64,000 nucleotides of DNA from an uncultured delta proteobacterium. GTDB lineage: Bacteria; Desulfobacterota; Binatia; UBA9968. The stretch covers positions 1,120,001 through 1,184,000 of the forward strand of contig CAVUZH010000003.1 in NCBI GenBank assembly GCA_963745835.1. The letters run 5' to 3'. Below, one piece after another: positions 33,457 through 43,434 of this stretch (positions within the stretch are counted from its first letter, which is position 1; each line of letters starts with the position of its first letter). Both the position numbers and the translations under genes were made by a program. A model generated the notes under the pieces. The model had not been told where the DNA came from. It did not search any database and saw only the letters and a list, made by a program, of their open reading frames with translations.

Positions 33457-33684
33457 CCTGGGACAATCAGGGGTCAAATACCCGAAACCGAGGCGCCTCT
33501 CTGAGCGTAGAAGCTCCGCCAACTGGTTAAGTAGTGGCGTCTGTGGAATCTTGGACGGTGCTGCTGGAGGAGAATAAGGTTCCCACTCCTGACGAATTGT
33601 GGCGTTATCATCTGGGGGAAATTCCGGAACTGATGCGGACAACGAGATTAGAAATCGGTTTAATGATTCACAAGGAGGGATGAT

Positions 33685-34062
33685 ATGCCAATATTTCCTA
33701 ACTTCATTGAAACTCCACATGAGATGCGGACACAAACCCCAGATGGTCGGGATCTCGTCTTTCTCTCCGGCTATGCGGTTTTCGACTTCATAGGAACCGG
33801 AGGCTCCTGGCGTTGCGATGACCTTTTTCTTGTAATAGGTCCTGGTTGGAGACGCATTGATGGAGTTGTCCCTGTGGTCTCTTTGGCTAGTATTTCTAAT
33901 CAGAACAACGCGGTCAACGCGGGGTGGGCAGTGGATAATTGCCGCTGGACAACTATTGGTGGCAGACTTATCTTCCTGCAAAGCAGGGTATGCATTAGAG
34001 ATTCAGACGGGCATCTCCATAGGGTGACTTATCAAGTTACCGCTATGGGCCAGTTGGAATAA
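33685..34062 (+). CDS. Hypothetical beta-rich protein
   Basis: 125-aa ORF with AAGGAGG SD. Confidence 0.7.
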   Translation: MPIFPNFIETPHEMRTQTPDGRDLVFLSGYAVFDFIGTGGSWRCDDLFLVIGPGWRRIDGVVPVVSLASISNQNNAVNAGWAVDNCRWTTIGGRLIFLQSRVCIRDSDGHLHRVTYQVTAMGQLE

Positions 34063-34169
34063 AGTACGTTAGGGGGTGAGGTCTTCAACCAAAGAAAATC
34101 AAAAGTGGAAAGCCGTTACAGCGCGGACATGGTCGGGCTAGGTAGGTTGCCATAGCGGGTGATCTCTCT

Positions 34170-34690
34170 TAGCTGTCGTTTTTCGTTTCCGCCACTTACG
34201 GTAAAAATACAAATTCGGATCGATGCCAGCGGCATGCAGAGCGTTGCCCCAGCTTCCAAATTACGCTTCTGCAGCACTCACAAGCCGGGGATTATCACGC
34301 CGCACTGCTGCATAGCCGAGTGGCTTGCCCGACCTATGCCTCTGAATGATCATCGCTATGATTTTGGCTTTGCTCCAACCAGCCGATCTGCGGTCGGTCT
34401 TTAACGCAGCCCTGGCTTTTTGCAAGCTACCGAAGTAGTAAACCGCGTGCAGTTTCAGCTTCTCTGGGAGATCATTTTCGGAATGCTGCTTCAAAGCCTC
34501 GCGCAAGGCCCGCAATACTCCGCGACGACCATCATGCGGGCTGTCAGGAACTTCGAGACCGGCGGCAATTAGTGCGTTTGGCCAACATCCAAATATGCGT
34601 AGAGCTGCGGAGAACAGTGCCGCGTAATTTTTTAGGACGTATTTCGGATAAAGAGGTATGCCTTTTTCTCGTAAACACCCTCGAAGCCAA
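34170..34690 (-). pseudogene. Helical repeat protein remnant (homing-endonuclease-associated-repeat-like)
   Basis: Repeats FGCWPNALIAAG / FGSLQKAR / *FGSWGNALHAAG. Confidence 0.55.
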
Positions 34691-34699
34691 AGTCTTTGA

Positions 34700-35201
34700 C
34701 GACGCTAATTAGTTCGGCTGGCGTTGCGTCGATGTGCTCCGATAACGAAACTCCGGTTGGGCTTCGGGTGAGCGGCTACATCAGGTCGCTCAGCACTTCA
34801 CGGCGTTTCGAGAGTGGTTCGTTGAGCAGATTGATCCCCCGATAAATCAGGACATCAAACGCATAAAACAACAATGCTTGTGCTTGCGAGCGATGATGTT
34901 GCAGTAGGTTGAACGAGATGCGTCCGTTCTCGTCGATAGCGACGATCTCGCCGTCGAGCAGTGTGCGCGGCGGAAGCCGTTCACATCCTTTGGCAATATT
35001 GGGGAATTGTGCCGTCAAATCATTTCCACGCCGCGACCATAATGTGACTCCTGTAGTATCTCTGCTAGCAAGGCAACGATAGCCGTCGAATTTCACTTCA
35101 TAGAGCCAGTTTTTGCCGTCCCGTAGCTGCTGGATGAGTTGAGCGTACATTGGTTCGACGAACTGAACGCTTCCCGCAAATCAGCGAGTGGGTTTAGCCA
35201 T
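34700..35201 (-). pseudogene. LigD-type ATP-dependent DNA ligase, adenylation domain
   Basis: FVEPM, WLYEVKFDGYR, LDGEIV, FYAFDVL; stops upstream and downstream. Confidence 0.85.
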
Positions 35202-36175
35202 GATGTGCAGACAAGTTGTAACTGCGCTACTTTTGGCTTAGCGGTTGTCAGTCCGATGTAGCTAGCTAGTCGGTCTAGCTCTCACCGCGCTCTCCCTCAA
35301 CTAAGATCACCTTGGGCCGATTCGTCCTACGAATGAGACAGTCTAAGTATTACGGCGGTTCTTCCCCGTTCCGGGCTGAGCATCCGCAAACGATTTGTGT
35401 CAAGGCCCAAAGCTGTGGATAACTACTACAACCGTGGAGCTATGATGATACTTCAAGGGAGCAAACCCTGCCAAGCTTACGCAACGGTAGTGATCCAAAT
35501 TGGTGTTGATTTGGAGGGGAATTCAAACGTGTGGCTTTAAAGAGCATTCTGCTATCATCAAAGCCTGGCGCAGAAAACGTCGCACGAGATTTAGGCAATT
35601 AGCTCAAGACCAGATCTGTTGTAGGTATCCGGCGATTCGACTGTGAGTTATCAACACCTTTATTAACACTTTTGGTGCAAATCGTCGAAAAACTCAGGAA
35701 TCGGCACCGTTGGCGTTCCCCCCGCGGGCTTGAACTGTCATAGAGGGTTTGTACCAAAGGCGAGAATTGTGCAGAAGGATAGGCAGGACTTGGCAGCTTC
35801 AATGTGACGTTGAGTCGACGCCGCTGTATAAGTATTATGACTCTCGGATGCGGACACAATGCTCTTGACCATCGCACCGGCCCCCGGACGGATATAGCTT
35901 CTCCCCGCCTTCAAATGAGAAGACCGTCAAAACTGCGAGCAGCTCGGACCATATTGCTATCAGTCGGGAGACACATTCGCTGACCGTTAACGGTTTGCTA
36001 GGTGGTCATTTTGCGTCGAGCTAACATGTCGATCCATCTTGACTCATGATTTTCGGTGATTAAAGTAGATGATTGGCTTGTCTGACCTTAGCTGAGCGGG
36101 CTCCTGGCTTACACATCGCAGTTCTGGTTCCATTTTCAGTCTTCGCCGTGCAGCAAACCTTGAGGAGAAATCCGG

Positions 36176-36853
36176 ATGCTGAGTCTCATCGCTTTCATTT
36201 TATTTCTTAGCCTATCCCTAATCGGCTCAAATATTAGTTGGGCAGCTCCTCCGCTCCAGGGAGGCGGTGTCAAACAGTTCATCCCCGCTTCGAATTGGCA
36301 GAAACAGTTTAAAATTACTGACGGTAAAGACCTAGGCAATGTAGTTCCGCTCACCTCTGTAGCTCTTTCGGACGAGAAAAGATGGAAGCTCGTTTTTGGC
36401 AATTATGCAGGCGTTTACTTGCTGCAAGAAACGACCGGTGAGGTGATAATCGAGAGACTCGAATTGTTTAAGAGCCGCAACGCTATCGTATATGAACCGG
36501 CGCTGCCGATTATACCGAGCGACATAAACTTAGCGAATCTTATCCGGCGTGAGACTGGATATCAGATGTTTAACCTCGACACCGGCAAACTCAAACGCAC
36601 GGGACGCGTAACCCACCTGTTGCAGCCCGCTTCAGCTTCGCAATTTGACACGCCTGCCGGCCGTCTAGATGGTCAGTACATCGAGATTGATCACTTGATG
36701 GAGATGGAATATCGTAGTCAGCTTCACCTAACGCTGGGCCTAGGCTACCGCTTAAACGAAGGTCCGATCTACGGTTCGGCAAGGTACAGTGTGACGAAGC
36801 TCGGGGTTTTTACCGCAACGAAAACTGCGGGAGCCGCCCTCTTTACTAGGTGA
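36176..36853 (+). CDS. Hypothetical exported protein
   Basis: Signal peptide; 225-aa ORF with GAGGAG SD. Confidence 0.7.
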   Translation: MLSLIAFILFLSLSLIGSNISWAAPPLQGGGVKQFIPASNWQKQFKITDGKDLGNVVPLTSVALSDEKRWKLVFGNYAGVYLLQETTGEVIIERLELFKSRNAIVYEPALPIIPSDINLANLIRRETGYQMFNLDTGKLKRTGRVTHLLQPASASQFDTPAGRLDGQYIEIDHLMEMEYRSQLHLTLGLGYRLNEGPIYGSARYSVTKLGVFTATKTAGAALFTR

Positions 36854-36943
36854 TTTTTTACCTATCCCCGAGCATCATCTCAGTTGTTCCCAGCAGAGCC
36901 TGTACTAATATTACTGCGTGTAAAATTGCCGTGAACCCCCTCC

Positions 36944-37213
36944 TTAGCTGAGAGACGTTTCTGATTTTGCATTAACCGTGCTGTGGGTCGCCGCTTGCGA
37001 TTGTTTTGGATTCTTGTCGTCAATCCACTTTTTAGCGGCTTCCAGAGCGAAGTTTTCAGCTTCTTCTTTAGTTGGGAATGCGTTATTTAGTTTCAGTGTT
37101 TGAAAGGCGATGGGAGCTTTCTTACTGATACGAACCTCCGGCATGTAGCCGTTGCGGTCAAGGCTAGCCCAAGTGGTAATTACGATTGTGTGAGACTTAT
37201 AGGCGTGCTCCAT
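36944..37213 (-). CDS. Small hypothetical protein
   Basis: GGAGG SD; YK.HTI...FPTKEEAE..ALEAAKKWID pattern. Confidence 0.65.
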   Translation of the reverse strand: MEHAYKSHTIVITTWASLDRNGYMPEVRISKKAPIAFQTLKLNNAFPTKEEAENFALEAAKKWIDDKNPKQSQAATHSTVNAKSETSLS

Positions 37214-37311
37214 GGGTGTCCTTCCTCCTGGTGCAGATGTTACCCGGCCTTTGAAACATAAGAAGCAAAGCGTCTCATACGAATGGTGATAATTAACCGG
37301 TGCGCTGACCT

Positions 37312-37491
37312 CTACGCTACTCTTGCTGGTTCCAACTCATGGTTTATCTCTGATGTGCATGAAATTTTGATTGGCCGATCCGCCTTTGTGAAGCAACTAA
37401 CCAATAAGTTAGCTAGAACAAGCCCGACAATCGCCGAAGCTGCGACGATTACGATTGCTGCAATAAGGAAGTAGCCAAGTAGTACCATCAT
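37312..37491 (-). CDS. Single-pass membrane microprotein, copy 1
   Basis: MMVLLGYFLIAAIVIVAASAIVGLVLANLL...KADRPIKIS; paralogue at 42803. Confidence 0.7.
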   Translation of the reverse strand: MMVLLGYFLIAAIVIVAASAIVGLVLANLLVSCFTKADRPIKISCTSEINHELEPARVA

Positions 37492-37522
37492 GATGTTTTT
37501 CTCCATACCCAAAGATTCTTGG

Positions 37523-37603
37523 GCCTCGCCAGCGCAGCGCCTTTGACAGTTCGTCAAAGGAAACGAGTTGTCGCTTGCAGGGTTGTCGCCGCGCAGCGAG
37601 GGC
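37523..37603 (-). ncRNA. Conserved structured 5' leader, copy 1
   Basis: Long outer stem plus cctttgac-N5-gtcaaagg hairpin, conserved in copy 2. Confidence 0.55.
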
Positions 37604-37727
37604 GCGGTTAATAGCACAAGGCGTATCGGTGAATCAAGCTGGTTGCGTTCACTCTACTGACACCGCAGCGTCTGAGCATAGCCGCTTTTTTCCACCCGCT
37701 GTGCGTGGTGTGCTAAAATGCGCCGCT

Positions 37728-37997
37728 ATGGCTGTCCTGCACATCACCTACAACCACGATCCACAGACTTCTAAAGCGGGCTGTGATGGTTTCTATAAAG
37801 GAATGACGAGCTACCAATACCGGAGGTTGTCTCAATCGCATTGGACGATTAACACAGAGGAGTCCCCGCAAGCTGTTTGGCAGAAACTCAAACAGTACAT
37901 CGACCCGAGTGACTACTTCCTTATGATGCCCCTTGATCCGAGTTGTTTCTCTGCAAAGGACCGGACGGTTCTTAGTTGGTTAGCGGCAGGGCCATAG
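37728..37997 (+). CDS. Small ferredoxin-like (Cas2/VapD-like) protein, probably leaderless
   Basis: MAVLHITYN...RLSQSHWTINTEESPQAVWQKLKQYIDPSD; TGcTAAAAT 8 nt before ATG, no SD. Confidence 0.55.
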   Translation: MAVLHITYNHDPQTSKAGCDGFYKGMTSYQYRRLSQSHWTINTEESPQAVWQKLKQYIDPSDYFLMMPLDPSCFSAKDRTVLSWLAAGP

Positions 37998-38041
37998 GTC
38001 CCGTGCCGGGGCAGCCTGGCGAAAGAGTGGGTTGGAAAAAG

Positions 38042-38188
38042 ATGTTCGGAAGTTTAATTGCCGGTCTCCTTGTCGTCACGTCGGTGCTTTTGGTTAGGCG
38101 TGGGCGAACAAACGTGTGCCGTCGGTGTCGGTCGCGCATTCGGCGGTGGTTTGCACATTGCCCAGTCTGCGGTGCGAAGCAGGACTAA
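38042..38188 (+). CDS. Membrane-anchored zinc-ribbon microprotein
   Basis: Hydrophobic N-terminus plus CRRC...CPVCG. Confidence 0.55.
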   Translation: MFGSLIAGLLVVTSVLLVRRGRTNVCRRCRSRIRRWFAHCPVCGAKQD

Positions 38189-38638
38189 GGGGCGCCGCCA
38201 GGGTGCGTGCCGAGTCTCTAAAGGAGACCGCCGCACGTGCCGGCAACGAGCACCATTGAAGCGTAGAGAAGCCGCAGACTTTAAAACTGTAAGCAGAGTC
38301 ATGTCACCCGCCTCCATCTTCAGGAGCGTCCACTCAGCTCTAATCACCAATGTCTTTTTTGACCGAGTCCTTTAGCGTCTCCTCTAACTTGTCCAGTCCT
38401 TTTGTGTCTTCGGAAGTCAGCTTTGGTATCTGCTTGAGATCTTTCGCTATGATGCGAATCGCGTCTAATCTCTCAACGATAGTTCAATTCGAGTCCTAGG
38501 CCGTGAAGCTCTTCGGTTGTCATTCTGTGATGTATTACCAGCTCTTCGAGCGCTCTCAGTTGCTGCAGAATTGAAGTCACAGATGTTTCCATGGGTCCCC
38601 TTGTAGCTGAGTTTTGCGTGGATGCTTTGGTGAAAAGT

Positions 38639-40096
38639 TCATGGCTCCCGCAATTTGCTTTCAGTCTCCCTTTGCTTGAACACAGCTTTGTCTAATCCGT
38701 ATTGATGCATCTTACGGGAAAGCGTTCTGACGCCGATTCGGCAGCTCTTTGCGGTTAGACCGATGTTCCCGCTAAGATCATTCAGTTTCTGCGCGAGGTA
38801 TTGCTTTTCCTTCTCTACAAGCCACTGCTTCAACGGGAGCGAAACACCGTGCTCCGATTCTCGAGGGTTGTCATTCGTAATGTCCGGTAAATCGACGTGG
38901 TGAATGCTGTCTCCTGCGTTCATCACAATAGCGCGTTGGAGCACGTTCTGAAGCTCCCGGATATTCCCGGGCCAAGGATAATCCAACAGAAGCCGCAGGG
39001 CTTTCCTTGAAATGGATTTGATGCCTTTCTGTTTTCCAGCGGCGTGGCGGTGCAAAAAGTGATACGCCAGTAAGGGAATATCTGCTTTCCGCTGGCGTAA
39101 AGGGATCAAATGAAGCGGAATCACGCTAATACGATAGTAAAAGTCAGAGCGCATCTTGCCGTCAGCGACAAGCTCTTTTAACGGCACATTCGTCGCGGTG
39201 ATCACGCGCATATCGACGTGGATGCTGGTATGGCCACCTAGACGCTGCACGTGTTGGTCCTCTAGGACCCGGAGTAACTTCCCCTGCATCACCAACGACA
39301 TGCTTTCAATCTCGTCCAAAAAAAGGGTGCCACCGTGAGCTAGTTCGATCTTACCCGCTTTTGATTGAAACGCTCCCGTGAATGCGCCTCTTTCGTAACC
39401 GAACAGTTCGCTCTCCAGAAGAGACTCGGGGAAGCCTGCGCAATTAATCGTCACGAAAGGTTTATCGCGGCGGCTACTATGGCTATGTACAGCACTAGCG
39501 AGTAATTCTTTACCGGTTCCGGTCTCCCCTTCTATTGAAACCGTCATATCCGTAGGGCCTACGGCACGGACTATTTCAAAGATGCGGTGCATCTCAGGCG
39601 TCTTGCTGAGCATTCCCCCAAATCGGTAACCCTCCTTCAGAGATCGTCGTAGATGGCGCATTTCCATCTCGACCCGAGTCTTTTCCAGTGCGATGCGAGT
39701 CGATTCTTGCAAGGAGGTGAGATTGCAGGGTTTCACTATGAAATCACAGGCGCCATTTTTAAGCACATCTATCGCAATATCGATGTCTGAGTATCCGGTA
39801 ATTGCCATTACGGGAACATCAGGATAATTCTCCCTCATCTTGGTTACTAAGTCGGTGCCACTCATGCCGGGCAGTTGAATGTCGGTGACGACGAAATCGA
39901 TGTTTCCCTGAGCTAATTGCGCCAAGGCCTCTTCACCGGATCCAACGGAGACAGCGGTATAGCCCTCATCCGAATAGAAGCGCAAAAGTAGATTGCGCAG
40001 TTCCGGATCATCATCGACAATCAGAATGTGCGGAATAAGCGAGTTGGATGTAACAGTAACCGGAGAAGCTAAAGGTAAAGCATTCATAAATTGCAA
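38639..40096 (-). CDS. NtrC/AtoC-family sigma-54-dependent response regulator
   Basis: Receiver domain, GETGTGKE, ESELFGYERGAFTGA, WPGNIREL, Fis HTH. Confidence 0.93.
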   Translation of the reverse strand: MQFMNALPLASPVTVTSNSLIPHILIVDDDPELRNLLLRFYSDEGYTAVSVGSGEEALAQLAQGNIDFVVTDIQLPGMSGTDLVTKMRENYPDVPVMAITGYSDIDIAIDVLKNGACDFIVKPCNLTSLQESTRIALEKTRVEMEMRHLRRSLKEGYRFGGMLSKTPEMHRIFEIVRAVGPTDMTVSIEGETGTGKELLASAVHSHSSRRDKPFVTINCAGFPESLLESELFGYERGAFTGAFQSKAGKIELAHGGTLFLDEIESMSLVMQGKLLRVLEDQHVQRLGGHTSIHVDMRVITATNVPLKELVADGKMRSDFYYRISVIPLHLIPLRQRKADIPLLAYHFLHRHAAGKQKGIKSISRKALRLLLDYPWPGNIRELQNVLQRAIVMNAGDSIHHVDLPDITNDNPRESEHGVSLPLKQWLVEKEKQYLAQKLNDLSGNIGLTAKSCRIGVRTLSRKMHQYGLDKAVFKQRETESKLREP

Positions 40097-40257
40097 TAAG
40101 GAGAATGGCGAACTTTGTTCTGAATTAGGTTTAGACGGTTTCCGTGTCGGTTCGTTTACCGCACTATGACTTTCTCGTGACAGATTCGAGGGTTGATCAA
40201 CGATGTGCGCGTCAGCCAGGAAAGCCCGTCATCAGTCGGCCCTTAAAAGAAGATAAG

Positions 40258-40274
40258 AGCAACGGATAAGCCAC
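40258..40274 (-). promoter_or_regulatory. Putative sigma-54 promoter upstream of the NtrC-like gene
   Basis: TGGC-ttatccg-TTGC (-24/-12 spacing). Confidence 0.4.
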
Positions 40275-40489
40275 AGCCAAATGAAGCAGAAATGGTCATT
40301 TGGCGAAATCGCACGACTTCTTCGCGCCAAGCAGCGGCGGACAGAAGTGCCATATTGGCTGACTTAGAATCCTGGAAGAAGCGCTCACGCCTCGTGACTC
40401 TGGCGCCGACGGGAAACTAGGTGCATGTCAGGTTCAGGATGGGTTCCGATCTGCTTAGTGCAAATCGCCAACGTATAGAGGATTTCAGC

Positions 40490-40976
40490 TTGACGGAGTA
40501 AGGAAGTATCCGGGCTCGAATGGAGCAAAGTCGATTTAACCGATTGGGTAATCCGTTTGTCACGAAAGAACTCCAAGAACAAAAAGCCACGAACTCTAGT
40601 GCTGGCCGGCGAATTGAAAGAGATCATCGTCAGGCGACTTGCCAAACGACTGCCGGACTGCCCGTTTGTATTTCACCGCGGCGGCAAGCCAGTTAAGTCT
40701 TTCGCAAAGGCATTCAAAACCGCCTGCGAAACGGTCGGCTTAAAGGGCATTGTGCCGCATGATATGCGCCGCAGTGCGGTTCGCAATCTGCGCCGGGCCG
40801 GCAACGACGAGCACGACTGCATGGAGATCTCCGGGCACAAGACGCGGGCGATCTTTGACCGCTACGACATTATTGATGAGGACGACCAGAGGCGGACGCT
40901 GGAGCGGCAGCAGGAATACAAGCGCCAGCAGATCGAACAGGGGCGGAAAGTCATCCCGATTCGGCAGGCTGGATGA
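40490..40976 (+). pseudogene. Tyrosine integrase catalytic domain, N-terminus lost (island B)
   Basis: RSKEVSGLEW..VDL, SKNKKPR, PHDMRRSAVRN, SGHKT...RY. Confidence 0.88.
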
Positions 40977-41101
40977 ACTATCACAAAACAAGCACAAAAG
41001 GGCTATTTTTCTAGGTAAGGCAAACTTGATTTTTCAAGCACAGACGTTTGACTGGGCATTAAGTGTGAGGGGTAACTCTTTGCTGGGTAATAATAATTCT
41101 C

Positions 41102-41193
41102 TGGCGGAGAGGGTGGGATTTGAACCCACGTTACCCTTTCGGGTAAACTTGATTTCGAGTCAAGCGCCTTCAGCCGGGCTCGGCCACCTCTCC
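41102..41193 (-). tRNA. tRNA-Ser(CGA), full copy at the junction of islands A and B
   Basis: GGAGAGG...CT-CGA-AA, long variable arm, GGTTCAAATCC, CCA. Confidence 0.95.
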
Positions 41194-41299
41194 ACAATAA
41201 TTCAACTAGTTAGCAGATACCTCGGCAGTTCGCAAAGTCTGTGTACGAATGTCGTAAACATTCCAGACTAGTTGTCGCGCGAAAATCTCAACCATCTGT

Positions 41300-42379
41300 T
41301 CATCCGGCGGATTCACGTATCGCTGTGGAACGATCGCCGACTATGGCCGGCGGCAAGCTTGCGCACAGCTCTTCCGGAATATTCTCCAGCATCCACCGTG
41401 TAACCGAACAATGTCGGAAATCATGAAAGTGGAAATCTTTTATCTTCGCACTCCTCTTGGCTCGATCGAAAGCTTTACTCAAGGCGTCTTTCGTTATTGG
41501 CTTACCATCCCGGGTGAAAACCAAATTTGGTGCTGGAGGCCTCTAACCTTTTCGAATTCCTCTAACACTTCGGCAAGCGCTGGACTGATCGGGACCTTCT
41601 GGCGAGCCTTAGTCTTAGCGCGGCCGTTCATGATATTTATAACGGCTGCTTCTCTCCTCTTCCTGTGAGCCTCTTCATCCTCAAAGTCAGGTCTGCCCTG
41701 CTTAGGCAACCCTCGTAAGCTGCAATGATGCACCTCTGGAGCCACCGCGGAGAGGCTTCAAGTAAGGCTTTATATTCATCGGCTTCCAGAACTCTCTCGC
41801 GCGCCAAATGGTCTTCTGAATCTTTTAGTCTCCTTGTTGCTGGGATCTTCTCCAGCACTCCATTTTCGGCGGCAAGGTTGAGCATGTTGATCAATGTCGT
41901 TAGCTCTCGGTTAACTGTCGAGTGTCTGACGTGAGAGTCCTTAACAACCGGGTTTCCTCGGCGGGTGATTGGTTCGGTCAGCCGTACTTTTTATATTCCG
42001 CCATCTTACTTCACGTTATTTCATCCAAAGGACTCGAGCCTAATAACCGTTCGAGATGACAGGCGCAGCTCTTCCAAAAGCCATACGACTTCGTCCCCCT
42101 TTTCGTTTGGAGAAAAACGGATAAATACTTTGCGATCGTAAGGCGCTCGGGCGGCTCCGAATCGGCCTTTATATCGAAGTCTTTTTCCGGATATTCCTCG
42201 CTTCAAGAACCTTGCATTCCTCCCGAGCGGTCTTGAGATCCGATCCAACCGGAAACGTCCGGCGTTTCTTTTTCCATCAGTAAAAAGATGACGTAATACA
42301 GCGTGCTCCAGTCGCCGCCAGCGGTTTGATACTGGCGACGATAGAGATGCTTCTCGACGCATTCAAAAGTTTGCTTCAT
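41300..42379 (-). pseudogene. Tyrosine integrase (island A), multiply frameshifted
   Basis: MKQTFECVEKHLYRR start with AAGGAG SD; STVNRELTTL, RERVLEADEY, FHFHDFRHCSVTRW. Confidence 0.85.
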
Positions 42380-42394
42380 ACGATCTCCTTTCTC

Positions 42395-42601
42395 TCATTT
42401 TCCAGTTTTCTTCCTACTCCTCCGCCTCTTCTTCACCTTTTCACTCAGTTGATTCAAAAGCATTGCGTATGCGCCTTTCGGCTCGTTCACACCGGTTTCC
42501 CAACGTGCGACGGTATGCTGTCGTGCCCCTATCTTGTCAGCCAGTTGCTGCTGAGTTAGTTCGAGGGTGTGTCGAAGCTTCTTAATCTCTTGCGGGCTCA
42601 T
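42395..42601 (-). CDS. XRE-family HTH regulator
   Basis: LTQQQLADKIGARQHTVARWETG. Confidence 0.88.
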   Translation of the reverse strand: MSPQEIKKLRHTLELTQQQLADKIGARQHTVARWETGVNEPKGAYAMLLNQLSEKVKKRRRSRKKTGK

Positions 42602-42693
42602 GATCCTTATATCAATTCGTATAAGATTTTATAAGTAGAAATACATCAACAACAATGACTTGATTCACCCGCATTGGTTGTGCTATCAACTGC

Positions 42694-42771
42694 GCCCTCG
42701 CTGCGCAGCGGACACCTGGACACACACCTTGATCCTTTGACCGCTCGTCAAAGGCGCTGCGTTGGCAAGGC
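42694..42771 (+). ncRNA. Conserved structured 5' leader, copy 2
   Basis: gccctcgctgcgcagcg ... cgctgcgttggcaaggc stem enclosing cctttgac-N5-gtcaaagg. Confidence 0.55.
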
Positions 42772-42802
42772 CCAAGAATCTTTGCGTATGGAGAAAAACA
42801 TC

Positions 42803-43017
42803 ATGATGGTACTACTTGGCTGCTTCATCATTGCAGTAGGTGCAGGTGTCGCCGCTTCAGGGATCATAGGGTATATTCTGCGAGCATGTTGATTCGGAGA
42901 TACGAAAAGGCTGATCGTCCTATAAAAATCTCATCTACAAGCGCAATTACAATTCAGCCCATCTCTCATCCACGCACTGCCGTACCAATTCCAAACCATG
43001 CGCCTCGGCTTCCTTGA
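42803..43017 (+). CDS. Single-pass membrane microprotein, copy 2 (1-nt frameshift near 42880)
   Basis: MMVLLGCFIIAVGAGVAASGIIGYIL, then with one added G: ASMLIRRYEKADRPIKISSTS. Confidence 0.6.
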
Positions 43018-43434
43018 TCGTCTTGAATATCTTGCCCTCGATTCGTGCAACCGTGACGATAGAGCCGGCCAGACCGCTCCGGTAAATCGTTCCAAGCGAG
43101 TGGCAGCCTTACATATACGCTGGACTCGATTTACCACTGATTTTAGAGCCCTTGTATAGGATTGATGGCCGAGGACATGCCGTAATTCGGTATGATCTTC
43201 GACGAGTAAAATTTTTCTCACACAAGAAGCTAATCATTGCCGTTTGCTCTGTTAACCGACACAATTTCGACCAACGGGACATAAGTGGCGCAATTCGATA
43301 GCAGGCAGTCGCCAAGAAAAAAACCGACATTTTCTACCTCACGCCGCGAGTTCTTGCGTATATCTGCGAGTATGCGAACAATGCGTGAAAGGGCGTCCGG
43401 CGTGTACCCACAAGCTTCCTTAGCAGTTTAAACG

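Larger units (their letters stand above)
21483..41101. mobile_element. Integrative island B (~19.6 kb) in tRNA-Ser(CGA)
   Basis: Bounded by the 59-bp direct repeat; integrase remnant at the right end; arm-like motif ctatcacaa-N4-agcaca at both ends (21590, 40978). Confidence 0.85.

Noticed and set aside
33277-33981. 234-aa minus-strand ORF with LLPALSK repeats
   Set aside because: Antisense shadow; SD and promoter signals favour the plus strand
35414-35660. DnaA-box-like TGTGGATAA and TTATCAACA as a replication origin
   Set aside because: Only two scattered boxes, no AT-rich unwinding element or rep gene
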